From the human T2T-CHM13v2.0 reference genome, Homo sapiens, in NCBI RefSeq assembly GCF_009914755.1, contig NC_060931.1: a stretch of 64,000 nucleotides of DNA. One strand, 5' to 3'. How positions within the stretch are numbered: the first letter of the stretch is position 1; every line of letters starts with the position of its first letter. Below, piece after piece: positions 41,829 through 60,165 of the stretch. The notes below the pieces were generated by a model, which worked only from the letters and a program-made list of their open reading frames with translations, did not search any database and had not been told where the DNA came from. A program made the position numbers and the translations under genes.

Positions 41829-42490
41829 TTAACCTTTCTATTTTTTTCGCTACGTCTAAGTATTGTGAACTTCCTTTGTGGTATTTTAGTGATTAGACAG
41901 GATGGAGGGCGTTCTTAAAGATTCATGGCCAAATCCAATGATGTCAGAGTGAAGGGAACGGACGGTCTTCGTGGGGCCAGCAAGTCTGGCCCCATCTGAA
42001 TTGTTTGTCTAACACTTCACAAGCAGAATAGGAACCGCTGAATTATTCATTTTCAAGTTGCCCTAAAAAAGGTACTTAGCCTGCCGAAAGGCAGACTTTC
42101 GGTGCCAGCGAGAGGAAGAGGAAGGATGCTGTCTTTCCTATGAACGTTCTCGTGCCTCCACTGCCTGGGTCTTCAGTTTCACTTCCCAGCCCTGCGGGGT
42201 ACAGGAAACCACCAGCTAACTTAAGTGCAAGGCAATTAAGCGGGGAGGGAATTGTGGACAAATCTATAGAACTCTGAAGCCACAGGTGAGCCAAGCATTG
42301 ACTTTACTGGGGAAAAACCAGGTGGAAGAAGGTTGAAGGAGCTTGGGTTGGTCAGAAGATGCCAGGATTTGGGACCTGAGCCAGGGAGGTGGGCCCAGGA
42401 AGTGGGATTGGGCTTGGGGATGGGGAAGGAGAGGAAGCTGAGAGCGATAACTAGTATGCAATCAGAAATTTTTTTTATTCTTAGTTTTAG

Positions 42491-42882
<392 letters not shown>

Positions 42883-43366
42883 TAGAAACCCTTGTACTTG
42901 GGAGTAAAGGCCAGGCTTTTAGTAGAGACAGGTTGCCTACCATGCCCTTGAGCCCATGCACCACTGCGCCGCCCTGCACCTCAGTTTCCCCACTTGTGAA
43001 ATCCTAGCAGTCTTCCTCTGTAGGTCTGCACTGCTCCCCTGTGGTGTGTCTTTTGTGCAGCGCAGGAGGCAGATGAGAGAGAGAAGCCCGCGTCTTGTCC
43101 AAAATATGATTTGGCGCATTCTTGGGCAGCGTCTGTTGGAGGTACAGGCGGGATGCTCACAGGTGAAGTAAACCAGGAATGGCAAACAGAACCTGAAAGG
43201 TGGTTCTGAAAGAGAGAATGCAGAAACTGGGCAAGCAGTACTCCCACCTGTAGGAAGGTTTGCTGGCGAAGTTTCACACTAAAACATGAAGGAGACTGTT
43301 AAAAACAATGGGTATAGATGACAGAACAGCATCCCTTCCTAAACAGCCTTTAAAAGTCTGAAACTA

Positions 43367-43836
<470 letters not shown>

Positions 43837-44062
43837 CAAATCTGAAAGTAAAGAAGTAACAACCGGTCCCCATTTCCTGCCAGGTTGTTGTCTACCCGTG
43901 ATTCCTGGCACAGTTGGGGCAAGTCCCCGGAGTGCAGGAGCCATGTTGCCTGCGTCTTTGTAACTGTCCCATGGCCAGGGGGCTCAATGGATGGCAGGCT
44001 GCCGGCCCACGATGTCAACAGCAGGAACTTGTGCCTCAGTTTCCTCCATCACCTAAGTGTAG

Positions 44063-44511
<449 letters not shown>

Positions 44512-44514
44512 TAA

Positions 44515-45140
<626 letters not shown>

Positions 45141-45264
45141 TGACGATGGAGGGATACCTGACTACTGTGATGCTCTTCACTTTTTTTGTTGTCTTATTGG
45201 GTTTTTTGTTTATGTTTCATATGTTAAATTTCCGACGTACGCGTGACCTGGTGTCAGCATCTCC

Positions 45265-46330
45265 CGTTCATGGCCCATCCCGTCTCACCTGTCCCCACTC
45301 CTGTTTTGACTTGAAGCTACTCCCAGAATCCTTTCATTTCCTTTCTAAACATTTTAACACACATATCCTCACAATAAGGACTTTCTTTTTAATATAGTCA
45401 CAGCGCAATTAGCACATTCAAAAATAATTTTTCACCTGCAGTCCCAGCAACTCAGGAGGCTGAGGTGGGAGGATTGCTTGAGCCCGGGAGGTTGAGGCTG
45501 CAGTGAGCTATGATCACACCACTACGCTCCAGCCTGGGTGACAAAGCAAGACCCTGTCTCAAAAAAAAAAAAAAACAGTAAAAATAATAATCATAATAAT
45601 TTTTTAATATGATCAGGTAAATCTAGCCAGTTTTGAAATTTCTAGTTGCCCCCAAACTTCATAATGGTTTTATTTTCTAAAATTATTTTAATTTAGGCTG
45701 GGCGCAATGGCTCACGTCTGTAATCCCAGCACTTTGGGAGGCCGAGGTGGGTGGATAACTTGAGGTCAGGAGCTTGAAAACAGCCTGGCTAACATGGCAA
45801 AACCTCGTCTCTACTAAAAACACAAAAATTAGCTGGGTGTGGTGGCACACACCTGTAGTCCCAGCTACTCAGGAGGCTGAGGCAGTGGAATCACCTGAAC
45901 GGAGAGGCGGAGGTTGCAGTGAGCCGAGATCGCACCACTGCACTCCAACCTGGGCGACAGAGCAAGACTCCGTCTTAAAAAAAAAAAAAAAAAAAAAAAT
46001 TTGAATCTCGATTCAAGTAAGATCCACACGTTGCAGTTGGCTGGTGTATCTTTAAGTCTTGGTCATTGTATAGATTCCCTCTTCGTCACTTTTTCTTTTC
46101 CTTGCAATGTATTTGTGCTAGAAATGGGGTCATTTGTCCAGAAAAGATTCTCCACCCCACTGCTGAGATTTTACTGATTGCCTCCCCAGAAATAGTTTAT
46201 CATGCTCCTCTGTCCTCATGCTTTCCTGAAAATTTGTGGTTGAATCTAGAGGCTTGATCAGATTCAGGCTAGAAGTTTTTGGCCAAAAGCCCCTTTGTGG
46301 GTGATTGTGATGATCTCGCGATGGTGTCAG
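45265..46330 (-). mobile_element. Old L1 (L1MC-like) fragments interrupted by Alus
   Basis: gaatc..gattcaa.taagatccacacgttgca.ttgg; gaatctagaggcttgatcagattcagg. Confidence 0.55.
45432..45998 (+). mobile_element. Alu right arm (45432-45575) and AluS (45696-45998)
   Basis: Alu consensus. Confidence 0.88.
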
Positions 46331-46554
46331 GTACTGGAAGTGAGCGCTCACCAGAAGAGAAAGGTCCTGACTTTGATACACAATCATAATGAATCCAGGC
46401 ATGGAGCTTGGTGGTTTACAAAATCTTTTCCTTTCTTTTTGTGTTCTTGTTTTATCCTCATGCTAATTTCTTTGAATTTCATGGCTCCTCCTGTATAGGT
46501 GACTGTCCAGCTCAGAAGTCTGTCCAAGGTCAAACAACTAAAAGACAATGGGAG

Positions 46555-46938
<384 letters not shown>

Positions 46939-47443
46939 CTAATTTCACTTGATTTTAAAGAACAAAGGAACCTGCACACCCAGCCTGCTCTCCACTTCTT
47001 TGGGTAGAGCAGGGCTGTTAGAACTCTAGAGAGATGCAGGAAGCAGCCGCCGATGAACCCAGATGCTCATCCCTGGAGGCACTGTGCGGTCTCAGGAGCA
47101 GAAGCCGAATGAATTATGCAATATCAGAGCCTCATTCCCTGGGCCGCAGCTGTCCCATGTTCCCTGCCTGGAGATGACTGAAGCCCGAGTGACAGTCACA
47201 GGCTGTTCCCGATCACGCTGGGGTCACACGCTCTGGTGAGCACCCAGCCGGCCAGAGCTGTGCTATTGGTTTGGCACAGGTAGAAAGTTGACCCCGCACG
47301 TGCCGTAGAAGGTCATTTCGTTCGGTTCATCAGCTATACTCGGACTGGCTAAAGGAAGATTTTATTGAAATCGTTTCCCATGAACACGTCAACTTGTGGG
47401 GCAGGAAGGGAAATTTTCTTCCCGTTTGGGATTGAAAAGATGA

Positions 47444-47788
<345 letters not shown>

Positions 47789-48573
47789 TAAACTTGTTTT
47801 TAATCATTACTTTTGTATCATTTAAATTAGTATAATGGTAATCTACAGAGAACAAATTCTGGTTAATTTCTGAGCAGACAGAGGTGACATCCTGGCCGTT
47901 TAACTGTCTCTCGGCACAGTGTTACTTCCAGCAAAAATGAAAACCGCTATTTCCAGAAGGTTATCTGTAGGGATAAAGCTCCACAGACTGGACCGACTCT
48001 CTTTCCAGGCCTTTGATTGGGGAGGGGTGGGGCCACCGTGGAGTGTGACACATTTGATCCGGGGCTTGGCAGATGCAAGATGGCTTCATCCTCCCCTCTA
48101 CTTCTGCCAAAGCAGAAGTGGTTTAACCTTGGGTGGAAAACGAAAGATAGGGCAAGTCATACAGATGAGGGCTGCCAAGAAAACCTTTCCCCGAAAAACA
48201 CTCTCTCCTCCCCTCCTCCCCTTCCCCATCAGCCTCCGTGTCTTCAGTCCTGACCTGGTTCACAGATCCGTGTTGGGCACGGGGATGAGTGATGAGTGGT
48301 GAGCTGGGCCACCTGGTTCTGCACTCCAGGACCTCACGGTCCATTGGACAAAAAGAAGCCTAATTCTGGGTCTTTCAATACTTCTCCCCCAAGACTATTA
48401 TTGCCTTGTTTTTCAGAGGCTCTGAAAAGCGAATCATTTTCCTTCTGCAATAACATCTTGTAGGCTCTTTCCTTAAAAGTTGTATTTACAATTTGCCAAA
48501 AGAATTCTACCCTTTCTGCCCTTTAGAATACTAGCCAGTGAATGGCTGTCTGTCAAGAAGACAGGGGACCTCA

Positions 48574-49062
<489 letters not shown>

Positions 49063-49145
49063 TCAGAGGAGGGCCAGGAGGGCTGAGACCCAGGCCTGTA
49101 GGTGGGACAAGCATGGTGCTTCCAAGAAACAGAACAGGACTAAAG

Positions 49146-49465
49146 AGGCTGGGCACGGTGGCTCACACCTGTGATCCTAACACCTTGGGAGGCCAAGGCA
49201 GGCAGATCACCTGAGGTCAAGAGTTCGAGATCAGCCTGACCAACATGGTGAAACCCCGTCTCTACTAAAAATACAAAAATTAGCCAGGCGTGGTGGTGCA
49301 CACCTGTAATTCCAGCTACTAGGGAGGCTGGGGCATTCTCAAGAATCACTTGAACCCCGAAGGCAGAGGTTGCAGTGAGCTGAGATTGCACCAGTGCACT
49401 CCAGCTTGGGCAACAGACCAAGACTCCGTATCAAAAACAAACAAACAAAAAAACAAAAAACAAAG
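49146..49465 (+). mobile_element. AluS
   Basis: Dimer. Confidence 0.9.
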
Positions 49466-49519
49466 AAATGCCCATCTTTTATTTTAAAAATCTTAATAAA
49501 ATAGGGATATAGTTGGATA

Positions 49520-49622
49520 TTTCATTAATAAATGTATATATATAATGTATTTTATATATAACTACACATTAATGTATGTGTTATATATATATAATATATT
49601 AATATATATATATTATATATTA
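49520..49622. repeat. (TA)n-rich low-complexity tract
   Basis: Read directly; adjoins an L1 3' end. Confidence 0.8.
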
Positions 49623-49629
49623 CTCAAGA

Positions 49630-49928
49630 ACATGAGTAAGTTCTTGAGTGGTGATTTGTGAGATTTAGGTGCACCCATCACCTAAGCAGTATACACTGCA
49701 CCCAATATATAGTCTTTTTTCCCTCACCCCCCTCCCACCCTTTCCCCGCAAGTCCCCAGAGTCCTTTGCATTTTCATCGCTTAGCTCCCACTTACGAGTG
49801 AGAACATACAATGTTTGGTTTTCCATTCCTGAGTTACTTCACTTAGAATAATAGTCTTCACTCCCATGCAGGTTGTTGTGAATGTCATTAACTCGTTCCT
49901 TTTTAGGGCTGAGTAGTATTCTGTCGTG
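49630..49928 (-). mobile_element. L1 3' end (L1PB-like)
   Basis: gtggtgatttgtgagattt.ggtgcacccatcacc; tttggttttccattcctgagttacttcacttagaataat. Confidence 0.85.
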
Positions 49929-50959
49929 AGATAAGAAATATTCAAAGGGTGTGGGAAGAGACTCTGCCGTCTTTATTTGCAGATGTGGTCACAGGATGCC
50001 TCGCAACCCCGAGAGAGCCACTGAAAAGTTGTTACAAAATTGAACAGGCTTCCATTTCCCTGTGGCCTCTCTCTCTAGACAGCCGTACCTCTCTATCCCA
50101 GTGTCCCCTGCTCAGTAAATCTGTACTCATCCTCCAGGGTACAGACTGGATGTCCCCTACTCCGGGATACTGTTTCTCCTGGTGTCTGCAGAGGCCCTTG
50201 TACCACTTTCTGGGATGTCACTGTGCTGAATCGCTGGTGGCTGCCATTTCCTTCCGCCTCCCACTGGGTAGACAGGAAGGGGGTCCCTGCCCACCCACCC
50301 ACCCATGCCCGGTATATCCCTGCTGAGCTCCTAGGATGTGCAGGGTGTATTCCTGTGTGCTAGCGAGAAGGGAGTCCCAGCGCCACTACGCCATTGCCCA
50401 CTCCTCCCCTGGGACATTTGTTTCCCTTGGGTGTGGTTCATGGTAGGTGCCCCATGGGCGTTATTGGTGGGAGACCTCCCTGTCTCAGTCTGAGCTGGGC
50501 CCATCGCCATCAGGGCACGACAGCCACAGCAGGTGCCTTTGCTGGGAGTAATCTTGCCCTGGCTCGCATGAGACTGCAGACCAGCCCTTCTCCGTAAGTT
50601 CAGGCGTTTGTGCTCCGATCAGCTTTTCCTATAGGTTTGTCCCCCACCCCTTGCCCAACTCTTTGACCCCCCGAGTTAAGGGGATTCCAGACCTAGAGCC
50701 AAGTGACCTTCCTCAGAGCCTGGCCCTGTCTCCACCGCTTCAGCAACCTGCTCTTTCTGGACAGGGTCCAGCGAGCCCCACCTCTGTCCGTTTCCTCTAC
50801 CCCCTGTGCTAAGGAAGCCTCACCTGCAGTGTAGGTTGTGGTGAAAAATGTCCCCCCTTAAGGACAGAGCAGGTCATCACGTGCAGCCCTGGGGTAGAAG
50901 GGGAGAGTTCGCTTGATCAAACCTAACTGGAGCTTTTCTTTTAAAGCAGGAAGAATTAA

Positions 50960-51391
<432 letters not shown>

Positions 51392-52160
51392 TGAAGGCCG
51401 CTCTGTATGTTTTTCCAACTGCCTTGTAGATATACTTTGTTTTAACAGCTCGTTTTAACAGCTCCTGATGCCAGCGTGCTTATTTGGGTATTGAAATATG
51501 CGCCAACACCGTGCCCCGATGCCACGCGTTAGCCCCCAGGAGGCTTGCGTGAAAGTAAATACTAGAATTTCCAGCGTGGATATAATTTCCCTTCCATCGA
51601 CCTTGACCATGTCCTTTTCAGTTCCTCATAAAAACTGTGTGTTAGCCCAGAGAATACCCTGAAATGATCTGTGGTGAACTGATTGAACGAACTACATATT
51701 CTAGGCCAAACTGAAATTATTCGCTATTTGAAGTCAGAGCTGAGCATAATACCGGGCAGGTTAATAGATCAGTGGAAGCTGTTTCGTCAGCTCATAAAAA
51801 CGTGAGAGATCTAAATTTTTATAATAAATCATTTTGCTGAGCAAACAATATGTGCGGTTATTACAGACTTTGGAAAATAAATGATTTTAGACCAATGTCA
51901 GGCTGCAGATACTGATGTGGTTAGTTGAGCCTTCAGCATGAAGAGAATGAAAAATCTTTGGAATACTGTTGACACTCACACCATGAAACCACATGCCATT
52001 TAATTCATTACTGCGCTTCCAAGATTACATTTACAGTTGTGGTATTAACCCCTGGGCATTTTTGTATTACTTATTGCAGACAGTTTGTCAGGCAGGATTA
52101 ATTCAGTGGGGGGAGGAGGCAGCAGTTTGGAGAGAAAGTGGATGATTAAGACTGGGGTGG

Positions 52161-52653
<493 letters not shown>

Positions 52654-52814
52654 GTTGGGAGGTGCCCCAAAGCAAGACCCGCCTCCTTGGTCCTGGTCTG
52701 CAAACACTGATGGCCACACTCACATCTTCCAAAGCCCCCGATCGCACTTACTCAGCTAGTTGTATTTTTCTTTCGGCTTTTAAAAAAGAATACCTCCTTA
52801 GAAAAATTAATAAT

Positions 52815-53260
52815 GGGCCAGGCACAGTGGCTCAGGCCTGTAATCTCAGCATTCTGGGAAACTAAGGCAGGAGGATCGCTTCAGGCCATGAGTTCAAGAC
52901 CAGCCTCGGCAACATAGCAAGATCAACTTTGTCTCTACAAAAAAGAAAAAACTAGCTAGGTGTGGCAGTGCATACCTGTAGTCCCAGCTACTCGGGAGGC
53001 CAAGGCAGGATTGTTTGAGTTCAGGAGTTTAAGACCAGCTTGGGAAGCATTGTAAGACCCCTGTCTCTAAAAAACAAATTTTTCTTTTAAATTAGCTGGG
53101 CTTGCTAGTGCACACCTATAAGTCCCAGCTACTCAAGAGACTGGGGCAGGAGGATCACTTGAGCTCAGGACAAGAGTTGGAGGCTGCAGTGAGCTATGAT
53201 CGCACCACTGCACTCCATCCTGGGCAACAGAACCAGACCCTGTATCAAAAATAAAAAAGA
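52815..53260 (+). mobile_element. Trimeric AluJ-type element
   Basis: Left-left-right arms. Confidence 0.85.
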
Positions 53261-53292
53261 ATTCTCAGAAAAATGAGTAACAAACATACAGA

Positions 53293-53582
53293 TTTTTGTT
53301 TGTTTGTTTTTGTTTGTTTGTTTTTTTGAGACAGGGTCTCACTTTGTCACCTAGGCTGGAGTGTAGTAGCACCATCTTGGCTCATGCTCCTCCTGCCTCA
53401 GCCCCTCAAGTAGCTGGGACTACAGGCATGCACCACCACACCCGGCTAATTTTTGTACTTTTAGTAGAAACGGGGTTTCACCATGTTGGCCAAGCTAGTC
53501 TCGAACTCGCGACCTCAGGTGATCCACCTGCCTTGCCCTCCCCAAGTGCTGGGATTACAGGCATGAGCCACTGCATCTGGCC
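53293..53582 (-). mobile_element. AluS with an internal deletion
   Basis: Antisense dimer. Confidence 0.9.
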
Positions 53583-54799
53583 GACTTTTAAAATAATAAT
53601 CAGAGCGTTTCCTCGCCAACTGCATCCCTGGTTCCTCCCATTGTCTCCTCCTGTGGTTTCTGGTCCCTTCTGTGAATGGAGACAGCAGCCCCTCCGAGCC
53701 TGGCTGTCACCACAATCCCTGGTATGGAATAGGCCTGCCCTGCAACTGCAGAGTGTGGTGTCGTCATTGTCATTCGAAAGCCTGGGGAAAGAGAGTTGCT
53801 TTTGTCATGAAAGGTAAGTGCAGTCCTTGTTATCACATTCAGTATTTTGGTCCGTTTAGCAGTTGCTTAGTAACCAAAGCACAACTGACCAGGAGATGGA
53901 AAACTTGAAATTCACTTCCAGGATTGCCTCACACTGCCAAGTCTGCACCTTCCCGCGTCAGTGGGACTGATTTTTTTATAAATGATGTGAAATCTTCTGG
54001 AGATGAGGCGTGGTTTTCCGGATATTCGGTGTCCTGATGAAAATCCAAAGCCATGTGCTATCTGAGAAGAAATCCAGAGAGTGTGCACTTTCCAGGAGGT
54101 GCCCAAGCCCCACCCAGGCCCCATAAACCTGGCAGGAACTGGACTCGACCCACATGGACCCCAGCCCTGCCAAGCCGGCCTCTGTGTAAAGCTGGGCCCC
54201 TGGAACTTTGCTCTTCTCTATGCCTGGGCCTTTGGCCACTGGCAACACCAGGTCGCAAGTGAGGAGTGGATGAAAGCAGCCAGGGGCGGGCCAGCACCCC
54301 CAGGCAGCCACGCCTCCAGCTTTTCAGCTCCGCACTCCCAAGATCAGGGAGCTGCACCCAGGGAGACGGTGTCCTCCTGTTGCTGCTGCTCCCGGAAGAG
54401 TCAAGGCTAAGTAAGCTACCTGGCCAGAGGGTTTTCCTGGTTGCCAAGCAGCAGGGAGGAGTCATCGGCAAGGCATCTCAGAGATGGGGGCCATCCCCTT
54501 CCCTTCCTTCCTATGTTCGGCAGAAAGGCATTGAATGCCTACCGTGTGTTTTTCTCCTTCAATTCGCTTGAGAGACACGCAGCAGGGCTGGCTTCTCTGT
54601 CCTCCCACCGTGTACATTGCCAGAAAGAGCGGCTGGTATCCCTGGAGGACCCAAACACACAAGCAAAAACAGCTGGGCCCCAGAGGAGGGCAGTGCTTCT
54701 GAAAGACACACCCAGACCCCAACAGTGGGTGTGATATGAGGCAGGACAGCTGGGCCACAAAGACAAAGCACCACAAAGGCACTCAGGGAAACAGAGGAA

Positions 54800-55720
<921 letters not shown>

Positions 55721-56115
55721 GCTTATATAGGGGCACACTGGAGCCATTAGGAAAAGTGCTCACCTAGACCCACATTCAGTGTCTCTTCACTCACCAGCCG
55801 GACCAGTCCCCATCCACCTCCCAAGTTCTGCAGCCAGCTCTGCTGATGCATTCAGAGGAGGATTTAGGCAATTGTCAACCTCTGCACATCTTGTTGTGGG
55901 TACGCAGCAGCTATGTATTTTCATTGTCATCTTTTAAATCTATGACATAGATGAGATACGCAGGACCTAAGCCTGCATCTCTATGTGCCCATTCCAGCAC
56001 CAGGAAACTTTTAGGGGTCTGAAACACTAGTGGAGCTAGTGAATGAGTGAATGACGGTAGCCAGGGCAGTTTTGACCTGTGTATGTGGACATTGGAAATA
56101 CACGATAGGTAACTA

Positions 56116-56478
<363 letters not shown>

Positions 56479-57101
56479 TTAAGTAAAGTTTGCAAGCTTT
56501 TATTTTGTGTCTGAAGGAGTTTACGCTCTGAATTCTTCAACAGGGCGTCAAGGTAGCAGCTTTCTGCATTGACTGGTGATTATCCTTTTCTGATATGTTT
56601 TAAGACCCTTAACACTTTTAATTTTTTTAATTACCATTTGTAGTATTAGACTATCTTTGCACAGCAATTTTTCTGTCAGATCTTGGAGGTTTCACTTTGA
56701 GATGATACAGAAGGATGTTTCATCATTTAAGAAGCCCTGACCCTTCCCCACTCCCTGCACCCAGCACTGTATTGCAGAGGCCCAGTTTGGGTATTTATCT
56801 TACAGAGACGCTGCCTTCTTCATGAAATCGTCCTAAAAATAGCTTCATTTAACTAGGCCATTTGACAGGCTTTTTCAGACTTTTTCTCAGACCAGTCTGA
56901 AAGCCGGATATTATTTCAAACAGATACAATGAACATTGAACCCGATCACAAGGCATCTGTTACCCTATTCAGGCTGCTGGGAGTTGATAAGACTACCTCA
57001 AATCGCTGTGTGTAGTTAAAGGCTGCAAAAGCCTCAGGCCACAAAAATTCCCCAGCCCAGGGGCCCGGAGACAGTTTTTCCAACTCTCAGCGTCCAGGGT
57101 G

Positions 57102-57530
57102 TACCTTAGCCTGTTTTCTGTTGCTGCAACAGAACACCTGAGGCCAGGGTGATTTATAAAGAAGATAGGTTTATTTGGCTCACAGATCTGCAGGCTGGGA
57201 AGTTCAAGGACATGGCCCTGGCTCCTGGCGAGGGCTTCCATGCTGCATCATAACAGTACGGATAGGGTCAAAGGGGAGGTGGATGCGTGCCAAGAGGGAC
57301 AACCCAGGGAGGTTCCTGGCATTATGATAACCCAGTCTCAAGGGAACTCATCCAGTCCCTAAAGTCTGGTCAGAGCAAGAACTCATTCACTGCCAGGAGA
57401 ATGGCACCAAGCCATTCATGAGGGCATCCACTGCCATGACCCAAACACCTCCCTCTAGACCCCACCTCCCAATGCCCCCACACTGGGGATCAAATTTCAG
57501 TAGCAGTTTTGGTGGAGACAAACCATAGCA
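57102..57530 (-). mobile_element. MaLR LTR, MST-like, with 5-bp TSD gggtg
   Basis: ttagcctgttttctgttgct...aagccattcatgagg...aaaccatagca; gggtg on both flanks. Confidence 0.85.
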
Positions 57531-58375
57531 GGGTGGGTGGGTACTCTCACTTGGACGTGCCTCCTTGGGACCATGGAGCAGGTTTCGGAAGGATAGAACT
57601 CTCATTGTCAGGCCTGTCCAGCACCCTGGGCTGTCCCCAGGAGTAGACTTGCCCGTCACAGACAGGATGGGCCACATCCAGGACTCTGGCATCCAACGTG
57701 ACGTGCAGCCCTGTGAATACAGGACAAATTCTAGGGATATAGGGCAAAAGGGACCTATGGCCCAGCATTCAGAGAGAGCTCACAGCGTGGGCACCCAGTG
57801 AAAACTCAAACCTGGAAACTAGGACTAGGGACAGTGCCACTTCCTGAGACAGAGCTGCTGAGAGGGTCTGGGAAGGGTGGATGGGGTGGAAGTAGGAGAT
57901 GAGGTTCCCTGGGACGAGAAGGCATTCAGGCAGGCGGCGCAGGTGGAGGCCTAGTGCCGAGGAAGGCCTGGCTCTTTGGGGTCCCGCACGAGATGGGAGT
58001 TGTTAGAGCACAGGGTCCTGAGAAAGAGTGGCGGGTAAGGCCAAGAGGAGGAAGGAGCCTTGGCATGGAAGGGCCTTGCGTGTGGCTGAGGGAGGGATTG
58101 CATCCTGAAGGCAGCAGAGTGCAGGTGCATGTGGACTCAGAGCCACAGCATGAGAGCCCTCAACCCCAACCAGGTCCCTGTGGCTGTAACATTGGCTCCA
58201 TGGCCCTTGGGTATGCTAAAAAAAAAAACCTTCCTTGGGTCACAGACAGTTCCAGCCTGTGGCCTTCTAACAGAGACCATCCTCAGGACCTGCTTGCAGA
58301 CATTGGGGTGGTGGTCTGCCCGGGTGTGCTGCTCTAACCTCCCATAGGCTTTTGGAGTTGGCCGTGCCCTTCTCA

Positions 58376-58752
<377 letters not shown>

Positions 58753-58979
58753 TTACTCAAGGAAGTACTTTCAAAACAGAAAAAGGGAAAGACAGAACCT
58801 GGACAATTGCTTTTACGACCAGGCTGGGCCATAGCAATGAACCCAGGCTGTCTGCACTGCAGCCTGTACAGTCCCCCAACCTGTGTCACCATCCTCACCT
58901 GCCCTCCTCACCTCCAGTTGGCCACCTTCTCCTGGTTTCCTCATTCCTGGTGAGGCTTTCACTGCCAAGTGCCTTTTCC

Positions 58980-59235
58980 TAAAGTAGCCTTTCCCCAGCT
59001 CCTCCTCTCACCCCCAGCCTGGCAAACTTCTACTCATCCTTCAAAACCCCACTTACCTGTCACCTCCTCTGCAGCCTTCCTTGATTCCCTCCCACAAAGA
59101 GAATTTATTTCTCCCTCTTTTTTTCAGAGCACTCTGCTCAGAGCTCTTTTTGAACCCTTGGCAGGACATGCTGTATTTTATATTTTTATGGTTATGTCTC
59201 CCCAATGAGATTGGGACCCCATCAAAGGCAGGCAC
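58980..59235 (+). mobile_element. L2 fragment
   Basis: ctggcaaacttctactcatccttcaa; gtcacctcctctg.agccttcc. Confidence 0.55.
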
Positions 59236-59417
59236 CCCATACGCACCAGACACATGATTATCAAAAGAGCGCATGGCATCAGCAAGCACATCTCTTCCCC
59301 CAGTGTGAGCCCACCTCCTCCTGCTGGACAGCATTGACTCACGGGTCTGCACAGCCCTTCCCGAGCCCTGAGCTAGGAAGCTGTCCCATCAGTCACCCCC
59401 TGAGCCGGTCTCCTTGT

Positions 59418-59450
59418 GACTAACCTGCTCTCTCCCTCTCACCCTCCTAG
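59418..59450 (+). promoter_or_regulatory. Branch point (GACTAAC, A59423) and polypyrimidine tract of the long intron
   Basis: One mismatch from TACTAAC, 28 nt upstream of the exon, followed by ctgctctctccctctcaccctcctag. Confidence 0.85.
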
Positions 59451-59499
59451 GGCCGACGAGATTGAAATGATCATGACGGACCTTGAAAGGGCAAACCAG
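59451..59499 (+). CDS. CUX1: CUX1 internal coding exon (likely exon 9); 49 nt
   Basis: GACTAAC branch point + pyrimidine tract + ctag; (K)ADEIEMIMTDLERANQ; donor CAG|gtagga. Confidence 0.98.
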
Positions 59500-59821
59500 G
59501 TAGGACCCTGGACGCTTTTAGTCCTAAAACCCACAATAGCGGGCCCGTTTCTGGCATCTCGGAAGATGCGTCACCCGAAGTTAGAAGGCCGGTTATCCTT
59601 CCATTTTTTACTGACAGCTTTCAACGTCGATGCTCCTTCTGTTGTCATGAGAAGTAGGAAAAGACATAAAAAGTCCTAGGAACCATTTCCTTGGCAAAGT
59701 CTTTGATGTGGTTCCAACATCTCAGACATCCCATGGTGAACATCCCCTCCAAAGTGGTAACTGTCTCCTTTTCCCTACTCCATCTCTAAACACCCGTCTT
59801 TGTAGCTGTGGCATCCATGAC

Positions 59822-60165
59822 AGTGTAGACATCTCACCATGGAATTATCCTCGGAGAGTTCCTTAGTGTAGACATCTCACCACGGTGTTATCCTAGGAGA
59901 GTTCCTTAGTGTAGACATCTCACCACGGTGTTATCCTAGGAGAGTTCCTTAGTGTAGACATCTCACCACGGTGTTATCCTAGGAGAGTTCCTTAGTGTAG
60001 ACATCTCACCACGGTGTTATCCTAGGAGAGTTCCTTAGTGTAGACATCTCACCACGGTGTTATCCTCGGAGAGTTCCTTAGTGTAGACATCTCACCACGG
60101 TGTTATCCTAGGAGAGTTCCTTAGTGTAGACATCTCACCACGGTGTTATCCTAGGAGAGTTCCTT
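59822..60165. repeat. 43-bp VNTR, 8 copies
   Basis: agtgtagacatctcaccacggtgttatcctaggagagttcctt at 59822, 59865 ... 60123. Confidence 0.97.

Noticed and set aside
59822-60165. CRISPR-like array
   Set aside because: Units are contiguous with no unique spacers, the context is a eukaryotic intron and there are no cas genes; it is a VNTR
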